NCBI GenBank assembly: GCA_965112155.1
Contig: OZ218099.1
Strand: one strand, 5' to 3'
DNA from: Podarcis liolepis
Taxonomy: Eukaryota
Length of the DNA stretch: 64,000 nucleotides
Below, in pieces: positions 24,783 through 36,400 of this stretch. A program made the translations under genes and the position numbers. The first letter of the stretch is position 1; each line of letters starts with the position of its first letter. The notes below the pieces were generated by a model, which ran no database searches, was not told the DNA's origin, and worked only from the letters and a program-made list of their open reading frames with translations.

Positions 24783-26111
24783 TCCCTTTTTTGAGAGGAA
24801 AGGTGGACAGCCAGTGACAACAAAGCCAAGGGATTCCAAGGGCTGACTCCAGGCCCTAGTGGGTGCCTAGCATTACTGACCGCTGATGCCAGCCCTGCAG
24901 GTAGGAAGGTGTAGCTTACCCAGCAGGTTTAGGAAAAGATGCATGCAGCAAAATTCCATCTTCCACACAACAGCTGTTAATATACTGCTTTCATTCCAGA
25001 ATGGTTTCTAAGCAGTTTGCAAGCATAAAAGCAATTGCAGAATCGATACACAGCAAAACAACCTCACCAAAACATTAAATACATTCATATTTAAATTTTA
25101 CAATAAAACAAACCCATAAAAACCAACACTTTAAAAAGTTGGCTCAGGATGGTTAGGGGAATGCTTGCGTAAACAGGTGCATGTTCAAGATACGAAAATA
25201 AGCTAGCTCGGTGTTTCCAAATAGTCTTCAAAAGGTAGAGAGAATATATACTAGCTCTGCCTTACTTTGGGGCAGGTCATCCTACCTATAATGATTTCTG
25301 ATCATCTAATGTACATCTGATAACTTTTCGTACACCTGAAGCAGTTTTCTGCCAGAAAGCGGGGGAATCGTTTTACGCACAGGGAAATTTGAGGCTAAAT
25401 CTAATGAATACTTGATTCCTTGGTATGAGCAACAAAAAGATCAGACTTCCTCGGCTGAGACGGAGAAAATAGTACAAGCAGCTAAAACTGCATCTGCACC
25501 ACCCAGAACCTTCAGCAGACATTTCCCACAGGTGTTGCTTTGCAAACATGCGGGTTATAAACTTGCCGTTTTCAAAATGACGGCCGTGCTTTAGGGAATA
25601 CTGAGTTCTGAATGCAGATGCCCTAAATTCCCCAATATGAACTCCGGTGAAATGGGTAAGACTGGAATCTGACACACTCTGGGGGTGCTCAGACAAAAAA
25701 CAAGGGTAACCACCACCCATACCAACAGCATGAAGAAACTGTCTGGTGCTATCAGGGTAGGGTTTTTGGGGAGATGTCCAGGGCCCCAGTTAGCAGGGAC
25801 ACCCCATCCCACAAGCAGAGGACATTTTGAAATAAGCAGAGTAATACACGTTACCATCTGAAGCACAGCTTTCCGAACTTTGCATGTCGGTGGCACACTT
25901 TTTAGACATGCATCATTTCGTGACACAGTAATTCAGTTTTACTAGTAAACCGGAGGTTAAACTAACCCCTTTCCACCCCTGGAAGGAGCGTGGGGAGTAT
26001 TCGCACGACACACCTACACCCAGCAGCCAACATCCTAACGTGCCACAACACCCAGTTTGGAAAGCTCTGATCTGACTGCATATATACAGAAGCAATGTAC
26101 AAAGGTTAATA

Positions 26112-26588
26112 CAGTGGTACCTTGGTTTACAACCATAATCCGTTCCAGAGGTCCGGTTGCAAACCAAAACAGGTTGCAACCCAAGGTGCGCTTTTGCCAA
26201 TGGGGCCTAAAAAGGGGGGGCGGTTGTAATCCCCCCCCAAAAGGGTTGTAATCCAAACAAAGGGATACGCACTTCTGGGTTTGACATGGTTGTACAGTGG
26301 TACCTCTAGATGTGAACGGGATTCATCCAGGAGCCCCGTTCGCATCTAGAAGCAAACATAACCAGCGATGGCACGCCTGCGCACGCGCGTGTCACTTTTT
26401 GCTGCTTCTGCGCATGCGTGTGACGTCATTTTGAGCATGTGCACATGTGCAAGCGGTGAAACCTGGAAGTAACGTGCTCCGTTACTTCTGGGTTGCCGCA
26501 GAGCGCAACTCGAACGCGCTCATCCCGAAGCACATTCAACCCGAGGTATGACTGTAATCCAAAATGGTTGTAAACCAAGGTACCACTG
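26112..26588. mobile_element. Tc1/mariner (Tigger-like) MITE containing a nested second MITE at 26295-26554
   Basis: Outer TIR CAGTGGTACCTTGGTTTACAACCA and its complement, TA TSD; inner TIR CAGTGGTACCTC / GAGGTATGACTG, TA TSD. Confidence 0.88.
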
Positions 26589-27249
26589 TACATTAGCAGT
26601 ATTTTAAAAATACTTGTAAAGACATTATGACTGGACAATAAGTCATTTTAATGATTTGATAATTTAAAATGGACATGTGGTATGATGATAAACAATGGAA
26701 CCAGGGAAGGGAATAGGGGGAAGTCAACTCTATTTTTTCGATGTTTGAATATGTATTGTTTTTATTTTATTTTTTGTTTTTGGATAATTAATAAAATATT
26801 TTAAAAAGGAAAGCCCTGGTCTAAAGGGGGGGGCGCAGCTCTATAGTGCTGCTTTTGACCTATAAAGCTTTAAATGGCCCAGGACCGCAATATGGAGTTG
26901 GATTTAGAGGAGTGCAACCATTTGGCCACATTGGGTGCAGAGCTTCAGGGACAGCACAGCTATGAGGTAGAATGAAAAGCAAAAGGCTGGAGTGCCAAAT
27001 TTTGGCGTCACACGGTGCTGCTGAAATTTGAGACCCCCAAGTGTGCCATTGCACAATAGCTCAAGGACTGCCTCTCCCCATATGAAATGACCTGGACCTT
27101 GCAATCATCACCTGAGGCCCTTCTTTGTGTGTCTCCTCTGTGAGAGGTCCGGTGGGTGGCAACACAAGAATGGGCCTTTTCTGTGGTGGCTCTCTTATTT
27201 GTGGCATGCTCTCCCCCCAGGGAGGCTTGCCTGGCGCATTCATTACATA

Positions 27250-27454
27250 AAGTGGTACCTTGGGTTACAGATGCTTCAGGTTACAGACTCCGCTAACCCA
27301 GAAATAGTACCTCGGGTTAAGAACTTTGCTTCAGGAGGAGAACAGAAATTGCGCAGCGGGAGGCCCCATTAGCTAAAGTGGTAAGGTTAAGAACAGTTTC
27401 AGGTTAAGAACGGACCTCCAGAACAAATTAAGTTCTTAACCTGAGGTACCACTG
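27250..27454. mobile_element. Tc1/mariner MITE
   Basis: TIRs AGTGGTACCT / AGGTACCACTG-TA; homologous in inverted orientation to 28458-28720. Confidence 0.85.
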
Positions 27455-27644
27455 TATCTTTAGGTGCCAGGCGTAAACATTTCCCTTTTTCCAGGCCTTT
27501 GGCTAATTAAATTATCTTGTCCTTTTTAACTGTATGTGGGGGGTATTGCTTTTCTTTCTTACTATGGCATGTATTTTTATGTTTTTATATCGTAAAATGC
27601 CCTGTGATCCTGGATGATGGGTGGCACAGAGAATGAACTGATTA

Positions 27645-27646
<2 letters not shown>

Positions 27647-27690
<44 letters not shown>
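27647..27690. repeat. (AAT)n microsatellite
   Basis: Read directly. Confidence 0.95.
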
Positions 27691-27745
27691 TATACAGCTT
27701 GGGACCAGGGTACCTGAAAGATTGTCTCATCCCTTATATTCCCCC

Positions 27746-27892
27746 CAGTGGCGTAGCGTGGGGGGTGCAGGGGGGGCCGGCCGCACCGGGCGCAACATCT
27801 GGGGGTTAGGGTTAGGGGACGCAAATCCACGGGTTAGGGGGCGCAAATTACTTGCCTTGCCCCGGGTCCTGACAACCCACGCTACGCCACTG
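27746..27892. mobile_element. hAT-like MITE with internal TTAGGG repeats, inserted in an L2 fragment
   Basis: 17-bp TIR CAGTGGCGTAGCGTGGG; TSD attccccc/actccccc. Confidence 0.85.
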
Positions 27893-28149
27893 ACTCCCCC
27901 TCAACCACTGCGCTCTACAGGTGAGGGCCTCCTGAAGTAACTATCTTACTGGAAGGTCAATTTTGTACAATGCTTTTAGCCTTGAGGCACCTGCTCTGCC
28001 CTGTGGAATCACCTTCCCACGTACATCCGCTTGCGGCAGACCTTCCTCTTCCAACAAGCCTTTCCAACTGAGAATCGTTCCTAGTCTGTGCCTGGGACCG
28101 TTTTAATTTTAGTTTAATAGTTTTATCACTGTTGGAGATGCAGTAGGGA

Positions 28150-28940
28150 TAATGCTTCTCTACTGAAAGATTTTTGGCAGAAGATAACTGAAACTATCAA
28201 CAGAACCGTGTGGAACAACCTTACATTTACAGAGCAAAATATCCTCTTGAATTACGTATATACCTAGCACATGGAACCTTACAAAAGGACAATACAGGTG
28301 GACTCTCCGTGCCCTTATCTCAGCAAAAAGACTGATCCTGATGAACTGGAAAAATCAAAACGTGGCTCCCTTCTACGATTGGATTGAAGTCTTATACAAA
28401 CTTGCAACGTATGAACAACTTGCATAAGCGCAGACTTGCCATGGGCAAATTCAATTACAGTCGTATCTCGGGTTGGGTTAAGTACTTAATTCGTTCCGGA
28501 GGTCCGTTCTTAACCTGAAACTGTTCTTAACCTGAAGCACCACTTTAGCTAATGGGGCCTCCTGCTGCCGCCGCGCTGCCGGAGCACGATTTCTGTTCTC
28601 ATCCTGAAGCAAAGTTCTTAACCCAAGGTACTATTTCTGGGTTAGCAGAGCCTGTAACCTGAAGCGTATGTAACCTAAAGCATATGTAACCTAAAGCATA
28701 TGTAACCCGAGGTACCACTGTATATTTGGAATCCATTCTTACAAATACTGTAATAGGTTACGGTCTGGTGAAATACAGTAACAACCTTGTAAAGTATACA
28801 TTTTGGGGGATTTCCCCCTTCCCCCTTTATTTTTCCTTTCTACAAGTGTTCCGTTTCTCTTTCTTTTCTTTACGTCTCACTATGTTCAGTGCGCATATAA
28901 TCATGTACTCTTTGACCTTTCAGTACAGAAATTTAAATTT
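28150..28940 (+). mobile_element. Degenerate L1/Tx1 ORF2 C-terminus and 3'UTR, interrupted by a MITE
   Basis: AKRLILMNWKN..FYDWIEVLYKLATYEQL resumes as ..IWNPFLQIL* after the MITE; boundaries approximate. Confidence 0.7.
28458..28720. mobile_element. Tc1/mariner MITE
   Basis: TA-CAGTCGTATCTCGGGTT ... AACCCGAGGTACCACTG-TA. Confidence 0.87.
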
Positions 28941-29069
28941 GTTGTTTTGTCACTTGTTTGTCGCCTTGGGCAACTTTGGGAAGGCTCTATCCACCTCACC
29001 AATCCACAAAATAAAACGCACACCTCCTCCTCCGGGGGAAGCAAATCCCACCAAGTCCAGAGTGTACAG

Positions 29070-30200
29070 AGAAACGACGGCACCCCCCCCACCCCTACCG
29101 AGAGAAAAGCAGGGGACTTTTTCGGGGGGTTGCTAAGGCGGGCGGGGGTGGCAGCAACAAGTGAAAAGCGCAAGGGAAAGTGCGCGCTCGCGGCCAGCTG
29201 GCTGCCTGTGGGGCCCCCGGAGTCCTTCCTTTCCTGTTGACTCCGACAGAGCCGCTTCTGGCTGAGCCCGGCCCCTTCCCCTGTCCCCCCCCCCCCCCCG
29301 CCGCTCACACTTTCCCCCGTTTCCATCACATGACGAGCAGCTGGGAGGAGGGGGGGGGAAATGAGCCGAGTTCTGGAGAAGTGACGCGAGAGGCGGGTCC
29401 CGCCAGTATAAGACGCCCCGCCGACGCGGCGCTCCGCTCACTGCTGCCAAGTTGGGAAGCGCGCGCTGCTGTTTGTTGGCTCGACGGCCCTTGGGGACGA
29501 GGAAGTCGTTGGACGGTAAGAGAAGCAACACCCCCTCCTGCCCCGAAAAAAAAAACCCCAATGCAAACGACGAGAAGTTTCTCTTTTACCTGAGGGAGTG
29601 GAGCCTTCGCTCTGCGGGCGGGAAGCGCTTTTACGCGGAGAGGGAGAAACGCGGACTTGTGAGGGGCCTGAGGTGGCGCCTCACGGTGACTCAAAAACGG
29701 CCTTCTGGGGATCTTTCCAAAAGTTCGACCACTTTGGGCAGAACTATTTAAGAAATGCAGCTCAACAACTTTGCCCCCAAACCGAAAAAAGCTCAGAAAC
29801 TTTCCTGTCACTGTTGGGAATATGGCAACCCTCCCCTCCGGGTCTGGAGTTTCCTTCCTCCCCTCGCCACGCCTTGAAGGCTCTTGAAATCTGGCTTTGC
29901 CTGGGGAGGAAGGGAAGGTTGGGGTGAGGTGGGGAGAGAGGAGCGTTTGCCCGCCGTCAGCCTTCGACGAACCCAGAAGCTGTTGCGGAAACTGCGAAGT
30001 TTTTTTTTGCGGCTGAGGGAAAGGGTGGGCTGCTGCACACCGCCTAAAGAAAGGGACACTTTCCTCTTCCCCTTCCCCTCGCCATAACGACGAGTATAGA
30101 GTTGGCCTTGTGTGTGTACTGCTGTTAAGGTTGCCATGTGACTGGCTGAGGGGGAGAAGAACGGGGCGGACTCCGGGGGTGGGGGCAGCTGCCCCCACCT
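29070..30200 (+). promoter_or_regulatory. CpG island / CD63 promoter
   Basis: High GC and CpG density, GC boxes, TCACATGAC M-box at 29326-29334, TATAA at 29407, Inr-like CTCACT near 29440. Confidence 0.8.
29440..29515 (+). other. CD63: Probable non-coding exon 1 of CD63
   Basis: Lies downstream of TATAA/Inr and ends at ACG|GTAAGA; next acceptor ttgcAG at 30865-30866 precedes the ATG; start approximate. Confidence 0.6.
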
Positions 30201-30881
30201 AAATCAAGTAAAATAAAAATGCTTAACTAAAAGTAGAAGGGGAGTTTTTAATGTCTGTTTGATCGTGTTTTTAATACTCTGTTGGGAGCCGCCCAGAGTG
30301 GCTGGGGAAACCAAGCCAGATGAGTGGGGTATAAATAATAAAATTATTATTATTATGGAAATTGTAGAAAGATTTTTGACGGGTTTTTCTGAGCGCATGG
30401 GGTCAGAAGAAAGTAATTTTAGCTTTCGAATCTGCTAGGCAAAGGTTGATGACAAGTGGGTGTCCTGCCTCCCCCCCCCCAAAAAAAAATTCTGGCTACC
30501 TGCCTCCCCCCCCCCCGTAAATCCTGGTTACGCCCATGGGGTGGAGAGAACTGGGGCAGAGAAAGAAGGAAGGCCAGGCACAGTCCTGCTTCCTTTTAAC
30601 AGTCTATTTCTAGGCTGATGCACTTGTGAAGGACTTTCCCTCCCTGGAGGGAGTTGTGTTTACAATGACTGGGATCGTATCCGCTTTCTTCTCCCACGCA
30701 CCCCGTTCAAGGCTGACTCCTGCAAGCTTCCTGCTTTTCTCTGCCGCCGCCCCCCAACTTCCCTTGTGTTTATAATCCCCACCTCCTCCTCTCTGATATG
30801 TACCTTCTGTGTCGTTTATGCTGCCTAAGTCTGTTGGTTCTGACTTTCTTTTTTTAAACTTTGCAGGGACAGATACGCAAA

Positions 30882-30947
30882 ATGGGGGTCGACGGTGGTA
30901 TGAAATGTGTTAAATTCCTGGTTTTTTTCTTCAACTTCATTTTCTGG
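30882..30947 (+). CDS. CD63: CD63 coding exon 1 (MGVDGGMKCVKFLVFFFNFIFW)
   Basis: GGMKCVKFL N-terminus typical of CD63; TGG|GTAAGT donor. Confidence 0.95.
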
Positions 30948-32518
30948 GTAAGTTGATTTGGAGGGCCTTGGTGCTTGAAACGGCGAGGAGTAGCAGTTAC
31001 TTCTTGCCTACTTAAGAAAAAAACTCCTCAAAACTGTGGGGAAGGCGGTGTTCGTACAACAAAATTTATGTATCTTGACTGCTGGTATTTTCTATTTGGC
31101 AGAGAAGCTGGATAGCGGGCTTATAGAGCCTTCACATGACTATTTTAAATTCTGTTCATTTCGTTTGAACTTTTTCTTTAACGGCTTGACTATACTCCTT
31201 GTAGGGGCTACTTGTTGCCAAAAGTCTCGGGCTTCTGTAAGCACTAGCAAACTTTCCTTCCAAGTTCTGCCGGACTTGAGAGGTGGTGTGTTTTGAAGAG
31301 TCTGACTTGGCTTCCTTGGTCTGTGTTACATTTTTATCAGGCTTTCCTGTAAATGATATAATCTGAGGCATATCTGAATTACATGGCTTGGTCTTCTCAA
31401 ACCAGTAGCTGCCCTGGCTTCCTCTCAAAGACCCTGGGAGTTTAGCTTTAGAGATGCTGATAATCTTTCTAAAGAAACAGCTGGGGGCTTCACGGAGCTT
31501 TAGTCTCCCCCCCCCCCCCCCATCTCACGTCTCCAGGATGGTTTGGGAGTCTGATAGACAAAACTGATGTTCCTATTGATTCAGAAAATAGTAGTGATCT
31601 TTGTGTTACTCAGGTCTACAGGCACTCATGGTTTCGAGCAAGTAGCTTGCTTCCACACAACTGGAACACCCAGTGATTTGGCAAACCTAACTTGCATCTG
31701 TTGTTTGCAGTACTAGGGACTCCCTTTCAGACAACTGTGTTCCATGTGTGTTAAAGAGCAGAGCTAGTATGTGCAAGAAATGTGTGAACGAGGCTAATAT
31801 AAGTATTGAATGTGAATGTTCAGGATTGTTTAATCCTCCTCCCCGCTTGGGAATAGGAAGTCTGGAAATCACTGTCCAGAAATGCTCCTATTTGTCCTTT
31901 GAGGGTGCATCCAGCCATTGGCTCTATGACCCTGGGATGTTTTGCATGCAGGTTGGTGATTGCCTAGTAGCAAATGTGATTAATGTCAACGGGCAGTTCA
32001 GTAAACAAGTACATTGGTTATCATTGGTTATCTGGCACTTTCTAGGAGGGAAAAGGGTTAATGGGTTCTTGTCATTCATAGAATCATAGTGTTGGAAGGG
32101 ACCTAAGGGTCATCTAGTCCAACTCCCTGTGAAAAAAGTATATGGAATGCAAGGTATGCAGCATGTGGTGTGTATTAGAAAATAAAGAACAAACTTTCTT
32201 TAAGGACCAGTTCAGTCCTACTGCCTCTTAAACAGAGATGTCAGCTCCTGGGGGCCAGCCCTTTGGGGACCCCTAAATATTTTTGAGGTTTGGACCCTCA
32301 ATTTTCAAAAAGGGCAGTGTGACTCCTCCTCCTGCTGCCACGTAAGAGGAGAGTCGAAGCAGCCTCCCACTGGTGTTGGTACCAGCAGGAGCCGTCCACT
32401 TGCCACATTTGGCTTCGCCCCAGCTCCTCCTGAAGTCATGACATAGATGCCACGCGTGGTATCACACACTCAACATTGCTCCCCCTCCCAATCACCCTCA
32501 GAAGCTGGCAGGGTACAA

Positions 32519-32562
32519 ATTATTATTATTATTATCATCATCATCATCATAATCATCATCAT
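32519..32562. repeat. (ATT)n(ATC)n compound microsatellite
   Basis: Read directly. Confidence 0.9.
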
Positions 32563-33317
32563 CTCTGCTCTTAAAGCTGTGTGGGTGAAGGACTTTGCTT
32601 GTACCACGCCAGCTGTCATGGTGGTCTAGGACTAGTGGGGACTGACATATCTACATATAGTGAACAGCAGCTTCTGGTGGTGGAACAAAGCAGACAGGTT
32701 TCCTTTGCAATGCCTTCTGTACTCTGGAAGGTGAGGTCAGGGTCTTAATGCACTTTTAGTGATGCAGGATGAATCACCCACCCACATGAAATTTGTGGAA
32801 ACGGCCTTCCTGTTGCTCAACAGCAGTGCCCAGCTCATCTCACTGCTCCTTACAGACACCAGCTATTGCTCAGTCTCTGACGAAATTCCTGTGTTGCATG
32901 GAGCCAGGGGTAGCCAGCTTGCTGCATTCCATATAATTCCCACTTCTCATCAGCCCCAGCCATTATGACCAGTGGTCAGGTCTATTGAATTCATTAACTG
33001 CTTCTCACAACAGAATGCCCCAATGCAGTTTAGAAGAATAATTTACTTGGGGTAAAATGAAGTGACAAAAGGAGCTGTAGTCCATCAACATCTGGAGGGA
33101 ACCACATTAACTACCCTGCCATCAATTTAGTATGGGAGCCAGGAAAGAGGATAAACCTAAAAACAGAGGATGGAAGACTTCCAGTGGAATTGGAAGAGGC
33201 TTGGCTTGGGTGTCAGGAATCATGGACAGAATTTTTAGTGATGCCCTGTGATGGGTTCAGCATACAAGGGAAATATTTTTCTCCTTTCTCTTGATTGTTT
33301 CTCCCTTGGCACTGGAA

Positions 33318-33452
33318 CAGCCTTTCTCAACCCTGGGTCCCCAGATGTTGTTGGACTGCAACTCACATCATCCCTAGCTAGCAGGACCAGTGGTTAGGAA
33401 TGATGGGAGTTGTAGTTCAACAACATCTGGGGAACCAAGGTTGAGAGAGGCT
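33318..33452. mobile_element. About 135-bp palindromic hAT MITE
   Basis: Long terminal inverted arms, same family as 41263-41398. Confidence 0.8.
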
Positions 33453-36400
33453 TCAGAATGGCAGGTGTGGCAAGGGTAGGAGCATCCGCTGAATGGATGA
33501 GTGGGGCGAAAAGAGTGAGAAGAGATTGGAGGAGATGATTTGCAGCAGGAGTGGGAAACTGGTTCCTTCAGGTGTTGCTGGGCTATGGGAAGAATTCAGC
33601 ATCTCACTTAGATTATTGTTCCATCAAGGTAAGTATTTTGGCTTGCTTGATGGAACACATACACACACACAGCCCTCTCCTCTCTCTCTGAACTGTTCCA
33701 GGGGCTTTCCCAAACTGTCCACCCTGAGCCAATTTTGGGAGCTGCATAAGGAGAGGAGGAGAAGCCAAATTGCAAAAGCGGAATCCTTTCCACAGGGCTT
33801 CCATCAATGAGATTTGTTGGTTGAATCCTGCCTTCTAACTCCCATTCTGCTTGACATTGGCCATGGCAAATGAGGCTGACGAGAGTTGGATCACACCTGG
33901 AGGACCACTGGCTTCCCGTCCCTGGCTTAGAATCATGATAAGCAGTTATTTCTGGCGGGTGGCCACTTTTAAGAATTATTTGGTTGGGGTGGCAAGGCAA
34001 GAACAATTTCAGTTTCAATCTCAATCTCTTATTTCTGTAGCTATGAAGCAAACTGAAGCCTAAGATTTCTGGCATCTTGACCTGATCTCTAGTGGTGTCT
34101 GTCTGTCTCTGTGTGTCACATGATACCATATCACATGAATATAGCTAAACTGAAGGATGCATTCACCCAGCTATATTTGCCTACGTCGATTGACAAAGAA
34201 AATGTCCCACAAAATAGTCAAGTCTTATTGCATAGGATCCTCACCTCTTTCTCTTTTGCTTCTGGGCAGCAACTGGGCATGGGGGTGGGCACAGCTGCCA
34301 CCCACTGAAGGGATTGAATTGACTCAAAGGGCTCCTGTTGTTACTCCCTCTAAACCTGGGATCTTTTGGGATTATTCAGTAAACAAGAATGTTTTACATC
34401 TGTCTTGTTACACAGAGGTAAAACGTTCCTTGCCAGGTGCATCCTGTTGCTGCTATCAAGCTAATCACATTAATATCTGTAGTCAAAACAGCAACCCTGA
34501 TGGGGTGTTATTATGCTGGGAAGAGGAGAACCAACTTTTTAAAAGTCACATGGCTTTAGTGTTGGAAAAAGATTGACTAGCTATGCTCACATTTTCACCT
34601 TTCTTTGTGTCACGCTGACCAGGTTCACACATGCTAAGGTGAACCATGACTTGGCATGAACATGCAAGTCTGTGGGCTCTGGGAGGTTATGCTGCAGGTA
34701 CGTTGCTTCTCTGTCTTTTTGCTGCTGTGTCACAATGAGCTTAAGCCATGGTTTGGCTTAGCATCTTGCCTGGGCTTGTGGTTTAGCTCACCTCAGAAAC
34801 CATGAGCTGTAACCTATTGTTACAACTCGTGGTTAGTCTGGAGAGCACTTAAGTCATGAACCTGAGTTCAGACAACACATTAATTCGAACCACAGCTTAG
34901 CTTAGTGTGGAACAGCAGCAAAATTTTGACTTGGGCAGAAGTGAAGCAGCTACAGTCTCCTCTGTAGGTGCCCATGCATCTGAGTTCAGTTGTGGTTTGG
35001 CTAAGTGTGACGTGCAAACCAAGCCAGTGTTTGTCTTGCCAGTCATAAAGATGGGCGAGTTAGCAACATGTTTGATTTCCCTGTTAAAGTGATCAGAATG
35101 GTAAATACAGCCTGTGCAAATGGAGAAGGGGTGGTGGTTACATGTAACTCTACTGAAGTTAAAGGATCTAGAATCCAAGCTCCATCCTGGACCCTAGAAT
35201 CTGAAATGATTTGTTCACTTGTTCCTAGTATACACACCAAAACTTGAATTTCAAAACCCCCACTAATTCTAAGTTCTAAATGCGTGTTTCCATTAGTCTC
35301 AGGCAGTTTATCTTGTGGCTCATCTTTTCCACCAAGTTTTTCAGACTCTTGAATCGCATGCTTCGAAGTCTATAAAGTATACATACAAACTCCAAACTCA
35401 TATTATATTTTAGGTCTTTCAAAATGTTATGTGATTAGTATTTGTTAGGATCCCACTATTCAAATAGAGCTGAAAGAACTGAGCTTTTCTCAAGTTTTCT
35501 GTTTTGCATGTAGAAACCATATGAAAATATAGGCTGTTGCCAGTTTGAACATACCAAATAAAAAAGTGTGCTATTGTTAGGATGCCGCTTGGTGCGATCT
35601 GTGTTATGATACAAGCCAGGAAGTGGCAGAAACTGTGGCTTCGCCCCTGCTTGGGTAACGGAACTGCAGTGTGAAGCATTTCCTGGGTTCGGAGGGGGGA
35701 CCTTCTGTATGTGCTCCTTTTATATTAAATATTCTCATATTTGGCCTAGCTGCTGCTGTGCCTTAAATACCAAAGCTGCCAGGATTGTTTTATGCATGTC
35801 TCCTCTCTTCAGTGGCAGTAGTGTAACTATTTTAGCTATGATAGCCAGCTCAGCTAGAGTCCTGGGGAACCTTAAGGATTAACCACCTCGTTGTGTCATG
35901 TTTTGTACGGTGGAGCCTTATTTGCCACACCCAGAAGTTTTATCCTCAGGCTATTTATTTTGTTAAGCAATCGCATTTCTATCCCTTCAAGGAGCTCAGG
36001 CAATGTCCGTGGTTCTCCCTTTGTTTTATCCTGTTATTCATTCATCCCATACTTTTAAATGCATTTCATCATGGCTTTACAAATTGCAAAATGTCTGGGG
36101 CTTTTTAAAAAGTATATTTGTTGCACTAGGGCGACAGAGCACTTTAATGTCCCAGCATGCACTTCAGTCCCTCTCACAAAGTCTGGAGGAACTCTATATA
36201 TTTAAGTTTATTCATCTCGCCTTACCAATTCTTCACCAATGAAAAGTGGGCCACTCACACCCACCTTGATTGGGTCTCATTTACACCTGTCTCTGTACAC
36301 CTGATCTCTGAATTGCTGGTCTTTGTGCCCTAATTTTTGTAAACATTTCTTCCTCTGTATGTGAGTGAGAGAGATGAATATACCTTACCAGTTCAGGACA

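Noticed and set aside
25380-25760. Exon-like pieces with GT donors (about 25532, 25656, 25757)
   Set aside because: No recognisable protein and no consistent multi-exon frame; cannot be supported without RNA data.
29326-30198. 290-aa minus-strand ORF and other overlapping ORFs in the CpG island
   Set aside because: Expected from GC-rich, stop-poor sequence; no recognisable domain.
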